A stretch of DNA of 64,000 nucleotides from Nannocystis bainbridge (GCF_028368995.1 NZ_JAQNDL010000001.1:2592001-2656000); one strand, 5' to 3'; shown: positions 9,483 to 19,861, counted from the stretch's first letter. The notes: generated from the letters alone by a model not told the origin. Program-made: numbers and translations.

Positions 9483-10277
9483 ATGCGCGCCTCGACCTCT
9501 CGCGCCGGTGCCCCGCCGCCGCCGCCGCTGCGCCGCGCGCCAGCCCTCGGCGCGCGCGGCTCGAGCCGCGGACCCGCGATCCCGCGGCGGCCCGCGGTCA
9601 CCATCGCCGGGGTCGTCACCGCCCGTCCGCTCGCCACCCGCCCGCCGTCGCCGCGCTGCCCGCCCGCGAGGGCGACGCACGGGACGAACGGCTTCCGCCC
9701 GCCGCCGGGCGTCCCGTGGTCGGGCTCGAAGTCGCAGCGCCTGGGCGCCGCCGCGGAGGCCGCGGATCCTCGACCTGGCCGAAAGAGCAGGCCGGCGCTC
9801 GCCGCGGACCCGCGCGCCGCCCCACCCTCGCCCGCCCGCCCGGCCAAGACCGCCGCTCTCCGCTGCGGCGGGACGCCGGCGCTCGCGGCGGTCGTCCGCG
9901 ACGGCCTCGCCGGCGTCCTCGGCCTCTATGTCCTTCGGGACAGACCAGCGGACCCGCGCCCCGACGCATCGCCGCCGCTGCTCGACGGCGTCCTCGGCCT
10001 CTATGTCCTTCGGGACAGACCAGCGGACCCGCGCCCCGACGCATCGCCGCCGCTGCTCGACGGCGTCCTCGGCCTCCATGTCCTTCGGGACATCCCACGG
10101 GGTCCTGCCCCCGACGCCCCGACGTCGATCGAACATGGCCCCGGGGACATGTCGATGGCGCCGCCCCGGCGTCCGGCGCTCCGCCGTCACCGCCTCCGCC
10201 GGCCCTCCGCGCCGCTCCCACCGGGCCCGTCGCGGCCGCTCCCCCCGCTGCCGCAGCGTCGCCTGCCATTTTTTTAA
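9483..10277 (+). CDS. Doubtful Pro/Arg-rich ORF containing a 25-aa repeat
   Basis: Fills the gap between genes and carries repeated DGVLGLYVLRDRPADPRPDASPPLL, but has no recognisable domain. Confidence 0.25.
   Translation: MRASTSRAGAPPPPPLRRAPALGARGSSRGPAIPRRPAVTIAGVVTARPLATRPPSPRCPPARATHGTNGFRPPPGVPWSGSKSQRLGAAAEAADPRPGRKSRPALAADPRAAPPSPARPAKTAALRCGGTPALAAVVRDGLAGVLGLYVLRDRPADPRPDASPPLLDGVLGLYVLRDRPADPRPDASPPLLDGVLGLHVLRDIPRGPAPDAPTSIEHGPGDMSMAPPRRPALRRHRLRRPSAPLPPGPSRPLPPLPQRRLPFF
9912..10095 (+). repeat. 75-bp tandem repeat, about 2.4 copies
   Basis: Unit GGCGTCCTCGGCCTCTATGTCCTTCGGGACAGACCAGCGGACC... starts at 9912, 9987 and 10062. Each copy contains TGTC-N6-GACA. Confidence 0.92.
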
Positions 10278-10428
10278 GCATGTCTTCTTCGCCATCTCGG
10301 ATCTCCCTCTCGCGCGACGCGAACGACCCGGAGCGCCTGCGCGCCCCGGGCCCCTGGAAGACCGACCGACGGGCGCGCGGCTCGCTCCCTGGCGCGAGCG
10401 CGGCTGTGCGGGCGGTCGGCGGCGGCGG

Positions 10429-10914
10429 TCAGTCGTGCAGGCCGAGCCACATACACACTTCGATGTCGATGAAGATCGGCGTGCTGCCCTGACCGTCGTC
10501 GTCATCGTCGTGGTGGTCGTCCCAGCGCGCCCCCGCGGTGCAGAACGCCGCCCCGTCGCCTTCGCACTGGCTGCGGCAGGTCGCCGCCCGCTCGGCCTGA
10601 CAGGCCCCCAGCGCCGAGGCCGAGCGCGCGCGGTCGCCGAGCGCGTCGAGACACAGCGGCGTCATCGCCTCCGCCGTGCAGCTCGCCAGGCACTGCGGGC
10701 CCTGGTGGATCTCGCAATCATAGTCGCGGTCGACCGCCAGCTGGACCGCGACGCAGATCAGCAGCTCGAACGAATCGTCGTCGCAGCCGTCGCCCCAGCA
10801 GAACTCGGTCGCCGGCGCCGGCGTGGCCAGCGGGCGCGCCTCGCCCTCCGCGGAGATCGCGAACGGGAGGGCGAACGCGAGGAGCGGGGCGAGCATCATC
10901 ATCTTACGCATCAT
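10429..10914 (-). CDS. Secreted Cys-rich protein (paralog family A, copy 1)
   Basis: ATG 10914 after AAAGGA; signal peptide; C...CRSQCEGDGAAFC; His/Asp-rich tail. Confidence 0.8.
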   Translation of the reverse strand: MMRKMMMLAPLLAFALPFAISAEGEARPLATPAPATEFCWGDGCDDDSFELLICVAVQLAVDRDYDCEIHQGPQCLASCTAEAMTPLCLDALGDRARSASALGACQAERAATCRSQCEGDGAAFCTAGARWDDHHDDDDDGQGSTPIFIDIEVCMWLGLHD

Positions 10915-11327
10915 GGTGAGTCCTTTCGCAGCGGCGCCGGTGTGCATTCCGGAGCCGCCCCGAATCCTACGCCGACGACCTCGCCGCGCAACCGCGGCCT
11001 GTAGCGACCCGCACGAATGATCATAGTCGTCACACGACTTTCGACATTCAGCCAAAGTCCGCGAGCGCCGAAGACGGCGCCGCCGGGGGCGTCATTCCGA
11101 CGCCCCCGGCCGACTCCGTCCGCAGCGCCCTGCGGCCGCGATGATTCGCCTCGAAACGCGGGGGTGGGCCCCCGCTCCGCCGCGCGCCCGGGCGGACGCC
11201 GAGGCCCCCGACCTGTCCGCACTCCCCAGGACGTCAGGTCGCGCTGGCCCCGGAGCCGCCCGCGACGGGCCCGTCGTCCGCGTGCAGGACGCGGACCCGT
11301 CACGCGCGCGCGCCGGTCCCGGGGCGA

Positions 11328-11843
11328 TTAACCGGCCTCGATGCCGGGGCCGATGCACGCGAGTAGATCGACGAACACCGCCGAATCACCGCCGGCGTAC
11401 GAATCGACGCAGTCCTCGTCCCCCTCCTCGCAACCGGCGAATGCCTGGCTCGGTCGCTCGCGCTCGCAGAACGCGGCCCCGGCGACCTCGCACTGGCTGC
11501 GGCATACCGCCACGGTCTCGGTCTGACAGGCCGCGAGGTCGCGGGGCGTCGCCCGGTCGCCCACCTCGTTCAGGCACCCCTGGCCGACCGCGTCGAACGT
11601 GCAGGAGACCAGGCACGCCGGCCCCTTCCGCACCTCGCACGCGCGGGCCTCGAACCCGAACTGCAGCCCCGCGCACCGCGCGAGGTCGAGCCCGGGCGGC
11701 TCGTCGTCGCTGCAATCGTCGGCCCCGCAAAATTCGGCCTCCGGTAGCTCCGCCGTCGCCGGCCGCGCCGCGGTCACCTGGGACAGCACGAACGGCAATG
11801 CGAACCCAAAAGTAGTCGCTGACACCATGACAAATCGCAGCAT
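11328..11843 (-). CDS. Secreted Cys-rich protein (paralog family A, copy 2)
   Basis: ATG 11843 after GAAGGAG; same Cys spacing as copy 1 (EFC...CRSQCEVAGAAFC). Confidence 0.8.
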   Translation of the reverse strand: MLRFVMVSATTFGFALPFVLSQVTAARPATAELPEAEFCGADDCSDDEPPGLDLARCAGLQFGFEARACEVRKGPACLVSCTFDAVGQGCLNEVGDRATPRDLAACQTETVAVCRSQCEVAGAAFCERERPSQAFAGCEEGDEDCVDSYAGGDSAVFVDLLACIGPGIEAG

Positions 11844-12258
11844 CTCGTCGCTCCTTCGGTCGCCGGCCATTCGCCGGGACGCATGGTCCGAATATTTCGC
11901 CCCTCGTCCGCGACTGCCACGAGACGGTGTGGAGATGCGCAACCCCGGGGCGACGCCCGCGCCCCCCAGAAGCCCGCGAAAGCCTGCCCATCGCCCGAGG
12001 AACACCGTTATCGCCGAGCGCGGCGCGCTCCGGACGGCGGCTGGGCCGCCCGTGCGGGTCTCCACAATCGCGACCCGAAGCGCACGCTGCCGCAATCGCC
12101 TACATCGGCGACGACCTCGGCGATCGGGCACCTCGCTTTACAAACGGCGATTCGTCGCTCGCGGCTAACCCCGCGGGATCGTTGCCGCGGCGCCGCGGGC
12201 GAGCTCGCCGCCGGAGCCGGCCGCGCACCGCCAACGGTCCTGTGGCGGCCCCTCGCTG

Positions 12259-13722
12259 CTATTTCTTGTCGAGCGACACGGAGCCGACATCGAACACTTC
12301 ACCGGGCTTCATCTCGACCCCCAGGTCCGAGCCCATCGTGATCCGCCACTTGCCCTCGGAGTTGATGGCGATCCCGTACGCGCCGAGCGGCACCTCCGCG
12401 AACGTCCACTCGCCGTTGCTGTCGGTCCTGCCGGCGAACTTGACCGAGCTGTCGGCGCACGGTGACTTGGTGAACATCATGCTCGGGCTCGGGCACAGCT
12501 CGACCTCGATCCCGACCACCGGCTGCCCGCCGCGCAGCAGCTTGCCCTTGAGCCCGCCCGTCTGGATCGGTCCGGCTGTCGGCAGCTCGGCCGGGCCCGC
12601 GCCGGCCACGGCCACGCCGACCACCTCGCCCGACAGCTCCGGCACCGCGCCTGACCGCCATTCGATCTTCGCGTCACCCGGCCCGAGGATCGTCACCCCG
12701 ATCTCGCTCCCGACCCACACCCGCCCCGCCGCGTCGACCGCCAGCGCTCGCACGCCCTCGGACATGTAGTCCTTCTTCCGCCACACCTTCGTGGTCGTCG
12801 GCGTCGAGATCACGAGGTCGAACAGGTTGCGCGCCGCGATCGTGCCATCTGTCCCGAGAGCCAGGTCGCTGTACGACGGGATGCTGCCGCCGCCGAGCTT
12901 GACCGCCACCGCGTCGGCCGGCCCCGGCCCCAGCTTGATCAGCGTCGCCGACGCCAGCGCATAGACCGTCCCGTCGGCCGCGCGCTCGATCCCCTCCATG
13001 AACAGCCGGTCCTTGATCTTCCCCAGGTCGAGCGTGCTCCACGTCCCCCTGTCCTTGACGTGGATCCCGTTCGACGAAGCGACCCACACCTTGCCCGCGC
13101 GGTCGACCGCGATCGCCTTGACCATGTCGTCGCCGGCCCCGATCGTCGCCTTCTCCTCGCGCGTCCACGCCTTGCCGTCCCAGTGCGACACCCCGCCGAA
13201 GCCCGCCACCCACAGGTCGTCGTCGGCGGTCACGAACAGCTCGTCGATCGTCCCGGTCTCCTTGAAGTCGCCGCGCGCGACCTCCTTGAACTCGTCGGCG
13301 GCGAGCGTCGGCAGCTTGTAGATCGTCTCGAACCCGACCACCCACAGCGCCCCGTCGTCGGCGACGTGGAGGTTCTTGATCAGCCTGTCCGGCCCGTTCG
13401 CCAGCGGCGTGAACTTGCCCTGATCGAGCCGCACGATCCCCTTCTTGTCGATGGCGAAGAACGCCGGCCCCGGCACCTGCGGCGCCGGCGGCGACGTCGG
13501 TGTCGGCGTCGCCGCCGGCTCGCCCGGCTCCGCCGGCGGCTCGGCCTTCGTCGCGTCCTTCGTCTCGTCCTTCGCCTCGAGCTTCGCCTCCGGCGCTGGC
13601 GGCGGCGTCGTCTTGCTCACCTGCAGCTCCGGCCTGGCGACGAGCGGCGGGCTCGTGGTCTCGCCGCAGGCCAGCGCGAACGACCCGAACAGCAGCGCGA
13701 GGGACCTGGGGGCTTGTTTCAT
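12259..13722 (-). CDS. Lipoprotein with beta-propeller repeats and C-terminal carboxypeptidase-regulatory-like domain
   Basis: FALAC lipobox, Pro-rich linker, repeated AVDxAGxVWV blades, TDSNGEWTFAEVPLGAY. Confidence 0.8.
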   Translation of the reverse strand: MKQAPRSLALLFGSFALACGETTSPPLVARPELQVSKTTPPPAPEAKLEAKDETKDATKAEPPAEPGEPAATPTPTSPPAPQVPGPAFFAIDKKGIVRLDQGKFTPLANGPDRLIKNLHVADDGALWVVGFETIYKLPTLAADEFKEVARGDFKETGTIDELFVTADDDLWVAGFGGVSHWDGKAWTREEKATIGAGDDMVKAIAVDRAGKVWVASSNGIHVKDRGTWSTLDLGKIKDRLFMEGIERAADGTVYALASATLIKLGPGPADAVAVKLGGGSIPSYSDLALGTDGTIAARNLFDLVISTPTTTKVWRKKDYMSEGVRALAVDAAGRVWVGSEIGVTILGPGDAKIEWRSGAVPELSGEVVGVAVAGAGPAELPTAGPIQTGGLKGKLLRGGQPVVGIEVELCPSPSMMFTKSPCADSSVKFAGRTDSNGEWTFAEVPLGAYGIAINSEGKWRITMGSDLGVEMKPGEVFDVGSVSLDKK

Positions 13723-13923
13723 GGGCGCGCGAGGGTGCCACGACCGCGCCCGCCGCGAGAAGCCCCGAACGCCGCCTCGCAGCGGACGCGGCCGTCCCGT
13801 GTCTGCCTCGAAGGCTGGCGCCGATGTCGTGACGTCGGCGCCGCGTCCGGCGTTCGAGGGTCCGCGGGGGCGAGAAAACCCTGTACCCGCGCCGCGGTGC
13901 GATTGTTGCACCGCACGCCATCG

Positions 13924-14484
13924 ATGCCGCAGTTCAAGCTTCGATCCCGCCACCTGCTCGCCCTTTCCCTCGCCGCCCTCGCCCCTGCCTGCGACCCCGA
14001 GGAGGCCCTGGAGGAGATGGTGGTGTCCTCGGTGCGTCGCCCCTGTGTCGGCCTCGAGCCGATGCTCTGCCTCCGCTACGCCGAGGACGGCGGCGAGTTG
14101 AAGTCCCACTATTCCGGCATCCAGGACTTCACCCACCGCTGGGGCGTCGAGACGCGCCTGCGCTACCACGTCGAGGCCGTCGAAAAACCCGACGCCGACG
14201 CTCCGAGCGAGCACTGGATCGCCGACGAGATCGTCAGCGAAGCGCAGGACCCCGTCGGCACCCGGTACGACTTCAATTTCCATGAGAGCGCGCCGGACAG
14301 CGGCTGGTTCGTGGCCTCGGGCGAGCGGCTGCGCATGATCGACACCGAGGTCGACTGCGCCCCGGCGCTGTGCGCCGAGGTCCTGAGCCGGCTCGCCGCC
14401 AGCACCCCCTTCGCCGCCGGATTCGAGCTCACCGCCGACGAGGCCGTGCCGCTGCGCCTGGTCTCGCTGCAGGACATCCCCTAG
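13924..14484 (+). CDS. DUF4377-like lipoprotein
   Basis: LAPAC lipobox; CVGLEPMLCL...IQDFTHRWG...PDADAPS pattern. Confidence 0.7.
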   Translation: MPQFKLRSRHLLALSLAALAPACDPEEALEEMVVSSVRRPCVGLEPMLCLRYAEDGGELKSHYSGIQDFTHRWGVETRLRYHVEAVEKPDADAPSEHWIADEIVSEAQDPVGTRYDFNFHESAPDSGWFVASGERLRMIDTEVDCAPALCAEVLSRLAASTPFAAGFELTADEAVPLRLVSLQDIP

Positions 14485-14535
14485 CCGTTCGGACATGCCC
14501 GACGGGACATGCCCCTTCGGGCATGTCCCGAATCA

Positions 14536-16377
14536 TCACACCCTGCGCGTCACCAGCGAGTCGTAGAGCGCCGGGGTGTCGGCTTGCAGGCCCTCGAACC
14601 ACTGGAAGAACTTCGGCAGCATCGCCTTTTGGTCTGGCGTCAGGTAGTCGAAGTTGGACCCGCGGTCGTTGACCTCCCAGAACTCGGGCGTATCGAGGTT
14701 GGCCAGCTCGATCCACATCGAGCGCAGGCGGCGGGGGTCTTCCAGGCGCATGTCTTCGGCGATCCGGCGCGCCAGCGACGACGCGCCGTAGACCAGGTAG
14801 TGCGTCGCCAGCTTGATCTGGGCCTTTCGCACCCCGCGCAGCGCCTTGGCCTTGTCGGACGACTCGGTCGCGTCGTCGACCGCGAGGAAGATCTTGAGCA
14901 GATCGTCGTGGCACTCGCTGCTGAGCTGGAACGCCCGCTGGCACATCGTGCCGATGTCGTGGGCGATCACCTCGGCCACGAACGCCATGTTGCGCTGGAA
15001 CGCCACCCCCGAGTAGTAGCGCATGCGGTGCGCGATCTCGATGGCGCGGTCGGCCAGCGTCTTGTCGCGGTCGATCACCGTCGGCTTCGACCGCTTGCCG
15101 ATCTCGAGCACCGTCTCGCCGAGCTGGCGGTACTGGTGGAGGATGTTGTACGCGGTGCGGATGTCCGACGCGTTGAGGGTCGCGCGCAGGTACGTGTTGA
15201 AGAACTTGATCGTCAGGTCGAGCGCGCGCAGGTCGCCGTAGACCGAGGCGGCCTCGCCGAGGCGGCGGGTGTTGATGGCGAGCAGGTAGCAGATGTCCTT
15301 GATCTGGCTCTGCCCCTCGGTGAACAGCATCTGGTACTGGCGCAGCACCTTCCACTCGAGCCAGGTCCGGCGGTGGCGGAGGTCGGTGATCGCCTCTGGC
15401 GACAGCGACACGAAGTCAGGGCTCTGGCGGTCGGGGATCTTGAACCACTCGAGCACCATGCCGTTCTTCATCTCGCCGTACTCGACGCAGAACTCGCGCA
15501 GCGCGTCGATCGTCGTCGAGACGATGTTCTTGTCCTTCTGCTGCAGCGCGTTGAGGCCGATGTTGGTCAGGTGCTCGACCGCCTCGACCGCGCTGCGCTG
15601 GCGCTGCTCGATGGTGATCGACTGACGGCCGAGCTTGGTGGTGCAGGCGTCGAGCCCGTTGGTCTTGATGCGGCCGATGATCTTGTTCGGGTCGAGGAAG
15701 TCGAACACGTACGCGAAGTACGGGAACAGCAGCAGCAGGCTGGCCGTCATCAGCACCATGGAGAACATCACGTCCCAGCGCGGGCCGGCGTAGTCGGCCC
15801 CGTCGAGCGAGAAGTTCACCCACACCACGAACAGCGTCGAGACGACGAAGAACCCGAGCACCAGCATGTTGGTGCGCGCGCGGAAGAACAGCACCGTGAT
15901 GTGCGGCGTGAACCGGGTCGCCGCCAGCTGGACGATGATGCTCGAGACGGTGAGCGCCAGCCCGAGGACCGCCGCCATCACCTCGCCGAGCCCGCCGACG
16001 GTGTTCTGCGCCTTCTCGAGGTCCTGGTGGATCAGCCGGTCGACCAGGCTCAGCTCGTCGGCGCCGGTGTACGACAGCACGTTGAGCCAGAACGACAGCA
16101 GGTAGAACACCACCACCACGGCGCCGATCATCACCAGCGGCACCGACCACGTCTTGAGGGCCAGGCGGTACTGCCCGCGGGCCTGCTGCCGGCGCCGGAT
16201 CTCCGCCTCGCGCGGCTGGCCGTCGACCGGCAGCCGGCGGAGGATCATCGACCGGCTGGCGTGGAGCGTGTCGTCGAGCTTCTCCTCGCGCGTGACCGCG
16301 GTCGGCGACACGCTCGGCTCCTGCGGTCGCTGCGGCGGCGGCTGCGGCCCCTGCGCTGCCTTCGGCTCGTCGTCCAC
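14536..16377 (-). CDS. DUF2254-like membrane protein with helical C-terminal domain
   Basis: TM segments with IIVQLAATRFTP. Start GTG near 16377 is estimated. Confidence 0.75.
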   Translation of the reverse strand: MDDEPKAAQGPQPPPQRPQEPSVSPTAVTREEKLDDTLHASRSMILRRLPVDGQPREAEIRRRQQARGQYRLALKTWSVPLVMIGAVVVVFYLLSFWLNVLSYTGADELSLVDRLIHQDLEKAQNTVGGLGEVMAAVLGLALTVSSIIVQLAATRFTPHITVLFFRARTNMLVLGFFVVSTLFVVWVNFSLDGADYAGPRWDVMFSMVLMTASLLLLFPYFAYVFDFLDPNKIIGRIKTNGLDACTTKLGRQSITIEQRQRSAVEAVEHLTNIGLNALQQKDKNIVSTTIDALREFCVEYGEMKNGMVLEWFKIPDRQSPDFVSLSPEAITDLRHRRTWLEWKVLRQYQMLFTEGQSQIKDICYLLAINTRRLGEAASVYGDLRALDLTIKFFNTYLRATLNASDIRTAYNILHQYRQLGETVLEIGKRSKPTVIDRDKTLADRAIEIAHRMRYYSGVAFQRNMAFVAEVIAHDIGTMCQRAFQLSSECHDDLLKIFLAVDDATESSDKAKALRGVRKAQIKLATHYLVYGASSLARRIAEDMRLEDPRRLRSMWIELANLDTPEFWEVNDRGSNFDYLTPDQKAMLPKFFQWFEGLQADTPALYDSLVTRRV

Positions 16378-16427
16378 GGGCGCCACGGTAGCAGAGGTCG
16401 AGCCGCTGGGGTTAGAGTGCCCCGGCC

Positions 16428-17237
16428 ATGCTGCTGGCCATCGACGTGGGCAATTCCAACACATCCATCGGGGTGTTCGCGGGGGCCGAGCTGCGATGCG
16501 AGCTGCGCCTCGCCACCCAGCGCAACTGGACCCGCGACGAGCTCGCGGTCGCCGTCGAGCGCGTGCTTGCGCTCGTCGGCATCCGCTTCGCCGACCTGCG
16601 CGACGCCGTGGTCGCCAGCGTGGTCCCGCCGGTGGTCGGCCCGCTCCTGCGGGCCCTGTCGCACTACGCGGGGCTCGAGGCCCTGGTCGTCGAGCCGGGC
16701 CTGCCGACCGGCATGCCGATCCTTTACGACCCGCCGCACGAGGTCGGCGCCGACCGGATCGTCGCGGCCGTGGCGGCCCACAGCCGCTACGGCGCGCGCG
16801 GCACGGCGGGCGCTTCCGAGCCGCCGTGCGGGGTCCTCGTCGTCGATTTCGGCACCGCCACGACCTTCGACGTCGTCACCCCCGCGCCCGAGTACCTCGG
16901 CGGCGTCATCGCCCCGGGGATCGGCATCAGCGCCGACGCCCTGTTCGCCCGCGCCGCCAAGCTCCCGCGCGTCGACATCACCCGCCCCGCCCGCGTCATC
17001 GGCACCAACACGATCATGGCCGTGCAGTCCGGACTCCTGTACGGCTACGTCGGCCTGGTCGAGGGCATGATCCGCCGGATCCGCGGCGAGCTCGATCACC
17101 CCGTCACCGTCGTCGCCACCGGCGGCTTCGCCCCCGACGTCGCCCGCGAGACCGACGTGATCGACGTCGTCGACGACGCCCTCGTGCTCGAGGGCCTGCG
17201 CATCGTCCACGGCCTCCATCGCCCGCCCGCCGCCTGA
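16428..17237 (+). CDS. coaX: Type III pantothenate kinase
   Basis: LLAIDVGNSN, EVGADRI, VVDFGTATTFD, YLGGVIAPG, VATGG, LVLEGL. Confidence 0.97.
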   Translation: MLLAIDVGNSNTSIGVFAGAELRCELRLATQRNWTRDELAVAVERVLALVGIRFADLRDAVVASVVPPVVGPLLRALSHYAGLEALVVEPGLPTGMPILYDPPHEVGADRIVAAVAAHSRYGARGTAGASEPPCGVLVVDFGTATTFDVVTPAPEYLGGVIAPGIGISADALFARAAKLPRVDITRPARVIGTNTIMAVQSGLLYGYVGLVEGMIRRIRGELDHPVTVVATGGFAPDVARETDVIDVVDDALVLEGLRIVHGLHRPPAA

Positions 17238-17288
17238 CGGCGCCCCCGCCGCGGGCCCCTGCCACCCGCATGTGGTACGGTTCGAGCC

Positions 17289-17861
17289 GTGGAGGCCGCG
17301 CGCAAGCTCAAGACCTACGAGGATCTGCTGGCGATCCCCGAAGAGGTGCGCGCCGAGCTGCTCGCCGGCGAGATCATCGCCCAGCCCGGCGGCCTGTCCG
17401 ATCACAGCCGCGTGCAGCGCAGCATGAGCCGCTTCATCGGCGGCCCTTTCGACGACGACACCGACGGCCCGGACGGTTGGTGGATCTTCCTCGAGATGGA
17501 CGTCCGCTTCACGCGCCACGACGTCACCCGCCCGGACCTGGTCGGCTGGCGCCGCTCCCGGCTGCCCGCTCCCGCCGGCATGCGCCCGATCGACGTCGTC
17601 CCCGACTGGATCTGCGAGGTCCTCTCGCCCTCCAACGCCCGCCACGACCGCGTGTTCAAGGCCCGGCTGTACGCCGAGCACGGCGTCCCTTATTACTGGC
17701 TGATCGACCCGGCCGAGCGGACCCTCGAGGCTTATGTCCTTCGGGACAGCCAGTGGCTGCGCGCCGGCGCCTGGGACGACACCGAGGTCGCCCGCGTCCC
17801 GCCGTTCGAGGCCATCGAGCTGCCGGTCGGTCGGCTGTTCTTCCCGCGGCCGCCGACCTGA
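17289..17861 (+). CDS. Uma2 family endonuclease-fold protein
   Basis: RPDLVGWR, PDWICEVLSPS, DRVFKARLYAEHGVPYYWLIDP. Confidence 0.93.
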   Translation: MEAARKLKTYEDLLAIPEEVRAELLAGEIIAQPGGLSDHSRVQRSMSRFIGGPFDDDTDGPDGWWIFLEMDVRFTRHDVTRPDLVGWRRSRLPAPAGMRPIDVVPDWICEVLSPSNARHDRVFKARLYAEHGVPYYWLIDPAERTLEAYVLRDSQWLRAGAWDDTEVARVPPFEAIELPVGRLFFPRPPT

Positions 17862-17871
17862 CCCTTCGGCC

Positions 17872-18774
17872 ATGTTGCACCCGCCCCTCAGCGACGCCCG
17901 CCTCGGCGCCCGCGTGCACCGGCTGGTCGGCCCCGACGCCGGCCCCGCGCAGCGCGAGCTCGCCGCCCGCGCCCTCGTGCCTGCCTCCGGCAGCGACACC
18001 TGGCTCGCGCTCTATCACCTGTGGGCGCTCGGGCACGCGCCGCACGCCGACATCGCCGGTCGCACCGCCGTCGAGCTCCCGGGCCCTGCCATCTTCGCCG
18101 CCCTGGCCGACCCGCTGCTGCCCGCCCCCGCGCTCGACTTCATGGCCCGCCGCCGGCTCACCCACGCCGACGAGCTCGCCGTGCTCGTGCGCCACCCGCA
18201 GGTCGACGCCGACACCCTCGCGCTGGTCGCCCGCTGCGGCCCCCCGCGCGCCTGCGAGGCGATCGCCCTCGCGCACGCGCGCATGCTCGCCGCCCCCGCC
18301 ATCCTCGCCGCCCTCGCCCGCAACCCGCGCTGCCCGGGCGCCATCCTCCACGCGGCCGTCGAGCTCGGCGCCCGCGAGCGCGCCCCCGGCCTGCGCGGCC
18401 TGCTGCAAGCCTTGCTCTCGGGACATGTCCCTCACGACAGGTCCGACGATCACGCCGCGCGCCAGCTCGCCGCCCTCCGCTCGCGCGCCGGCGACGACCT
18501 CGACCCGGCCCCGCCGCTGCCGCCCGATCCGCCCGTCGACGACCTGCCGGTCCCGCTCGCGCCCGCGCTCGCCCCTCTGCCGCTTGCGCCCGCCAGATCG
18601 CTCCCACCGCCCGCCGCCGGCGTCGCCTGCGTCCTCGATCCCACGACCCCGCTGCCGCTGGCGATGAGCCTGCTGTGGCGCCTGCGTCGGCCCGACCTGC
18701 GCCGCGTCGCCGACGCCCGCCGCCTCCCCCGCCCGCTCGTCGCCGCCGCCCGCCGGAGGCTCGGCCCATCATGA
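17872..18774 (+). CDS. Hypothetical helical-repeat protein
   Basis: ATG 11 bp after the Uma2 stop; LVRHP and ALARNPRCP helical repeats. Confidence 0.6.
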   Translation: MLHPPLSDARLGARVHRLVGPDAGPAQRELAARALVPASGSDTWLALYHLWALGHAPHADIAGRTAVELPGPAIFAALADPLLPAPALDFMARRRLTHADELAVLVRHPQVDADTLALVARCGPPRACEAIALAHARMLAAPAILAALARNPRCPGAILHAAVELGARERAPGLRGLLQALLSGHVPHDRSDDHAARQLAALRSRAGDDLDPAPPLPPDPPVDDLPVPLAPALAPLPLAPARSLPPPAAGVACVLDPTTPLPLAMSLLWRLRRPDLRRVADARRLPRPLVAAARRRLGPS

Positions 18775-18841
18775 CTCACCCGTCCCGCATGCTCCGCTCG
18801 TCGCTCTCCTCTCGCGCTGCCCGCCCCGGGAGGCCTTGCCC

Positions 18842-19861
18842 ATGAATCGCCTCCGCATCGCCCTCGCGCGCTGGGGCGGCATGTTGCTGCGTCCGCGGGC
18901 CACCGTCGCCGCCCTCTCGCCCGACGACGGCGCGCGGGACGGCCTCGTCTTCATCCTGCTCCTGGCCGTCGGCGCCCACCTCTTGCCGCTCGGCGACGCC
19001 GTGGCCGACTTCTCCGCCATGGCCAGCTTCGCCGCCCTCCCCGCCTTGCTGGCGGGCTTCACCGTCCTCATCCCCTGGCTCGTCACCACCCTCGCCGTCG
19101 AGGCCATCCTCGGCCCCCTGCGGTCCTTCCGGGCCGCCCTCTGCATGCTGCCGATGCTGCTCGCGGTCGTGTTCGCGCGCCTCGCCGCCGGCCTCGGCCA
19201 CCCGCTACCTGTCCCCAAGTACAGCCTCGAGATCGCCGGCGCCGTGCTGGCCGCCGGCCTCGCGCTGTGGGTCCGGCCCGCCGTGTGCCTGTCCCCGGAG
19301 ACAGCCGCCCCCGCGCCCCGCCGCCCTGCCTCCGCCCTCGTCGGCGCCCTCGTCCTGCTGCTGCCGCTCATCAGCGCCGGCCGCGACGCCGCCGACCTCG
19401 CCGCCCACTGGCAGACCCTCGCCCCCGTGGCCGTCGGCGAGGCCGTGCCCGATTTCCATGCCGAGGACCTCGAAGGCGCCGACTTCACCACCGCCGACCT
19501 GCGCGGCGGGGCGCGCCTGCTGGTCTTCTTCACCAGCTGGTGCGGCGTCTGCAACGACGAGATGAGCAAGTATGTCGCGCTTCATCAGGACCTCGCGAGC
19601 AGCGGCTTCGAGGTCGTCGGCGTCAACTGCGACCGCGAGGGCGACCAGCGGGCGATCGCCGCCCGTTACCGCGACGACAAGCAGTTGCCCTTCCGCATCG
19701 TGCTCGACCGCGGCGCGCTGGCCCGCGCCTTCCGCCTGTCCGTCTACCCCCACCTCGTGCTGGTCGACGCGCTCGGGCAGATCCGCTGGGTCCACCAGGG
19801 CCGGGCGATGGACAGCACCCTGCGCGACGCCATCGCCGCGGCCACCCGGCCAGACCCCTGA
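18842..19861 (+). CDS. TlpA/ResA-like thiol-disulfide oxidoreductase with N-terminal multi-TM domain
   Basis: VPDFHAEDLEG, FFTSWCGVC, YPHLVLVDALG. Confidence 0.85.
   Translation: MNRLRIALARWGGMLLRPRATVAALSPDDGARDGLVFILLLAVGAHLLPLGDAVADFSAMASFAALPALLAGFTVLIPWLVTTLAVEAILGPLRSFRAALCMLPMLLAVVFARLAAGLGHPLPVPKYSLEIAGAVLAAGLALWVRPAVCLSPETAAPAPRRPASALVGALVLLLPLISAGRDAADLAAHWQTLAPVAVGEAVPDFHAEDLEGADFTTADLRGGARLLVFFTSWCGVCNDEMSKYVALHQDLASSGFEVVGVNCDREGDQRAIAARYRDDKQLPFRIVLDRGALARAFRLSVYPHLVLVDALGQIRWVHQGRAMDSTLRDAIAAATRPDP

Noticed and set aside
7074-10505. 1143-aa ORF and other long Arg/Pro/Gly-rich ORFs (e.g. 32005-35310, 50576-53356, 14509-17070, 28186-30624)
   Set aside because: Shadow frames of real genes, caused by the scarcity of stop codons at high GC; they have no domains.
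17289-17861. Uma2 gene as a defence system
   Set aside because: This family is commonly multi-copy in myxobacteria, and no partner defence genes are adjacent.
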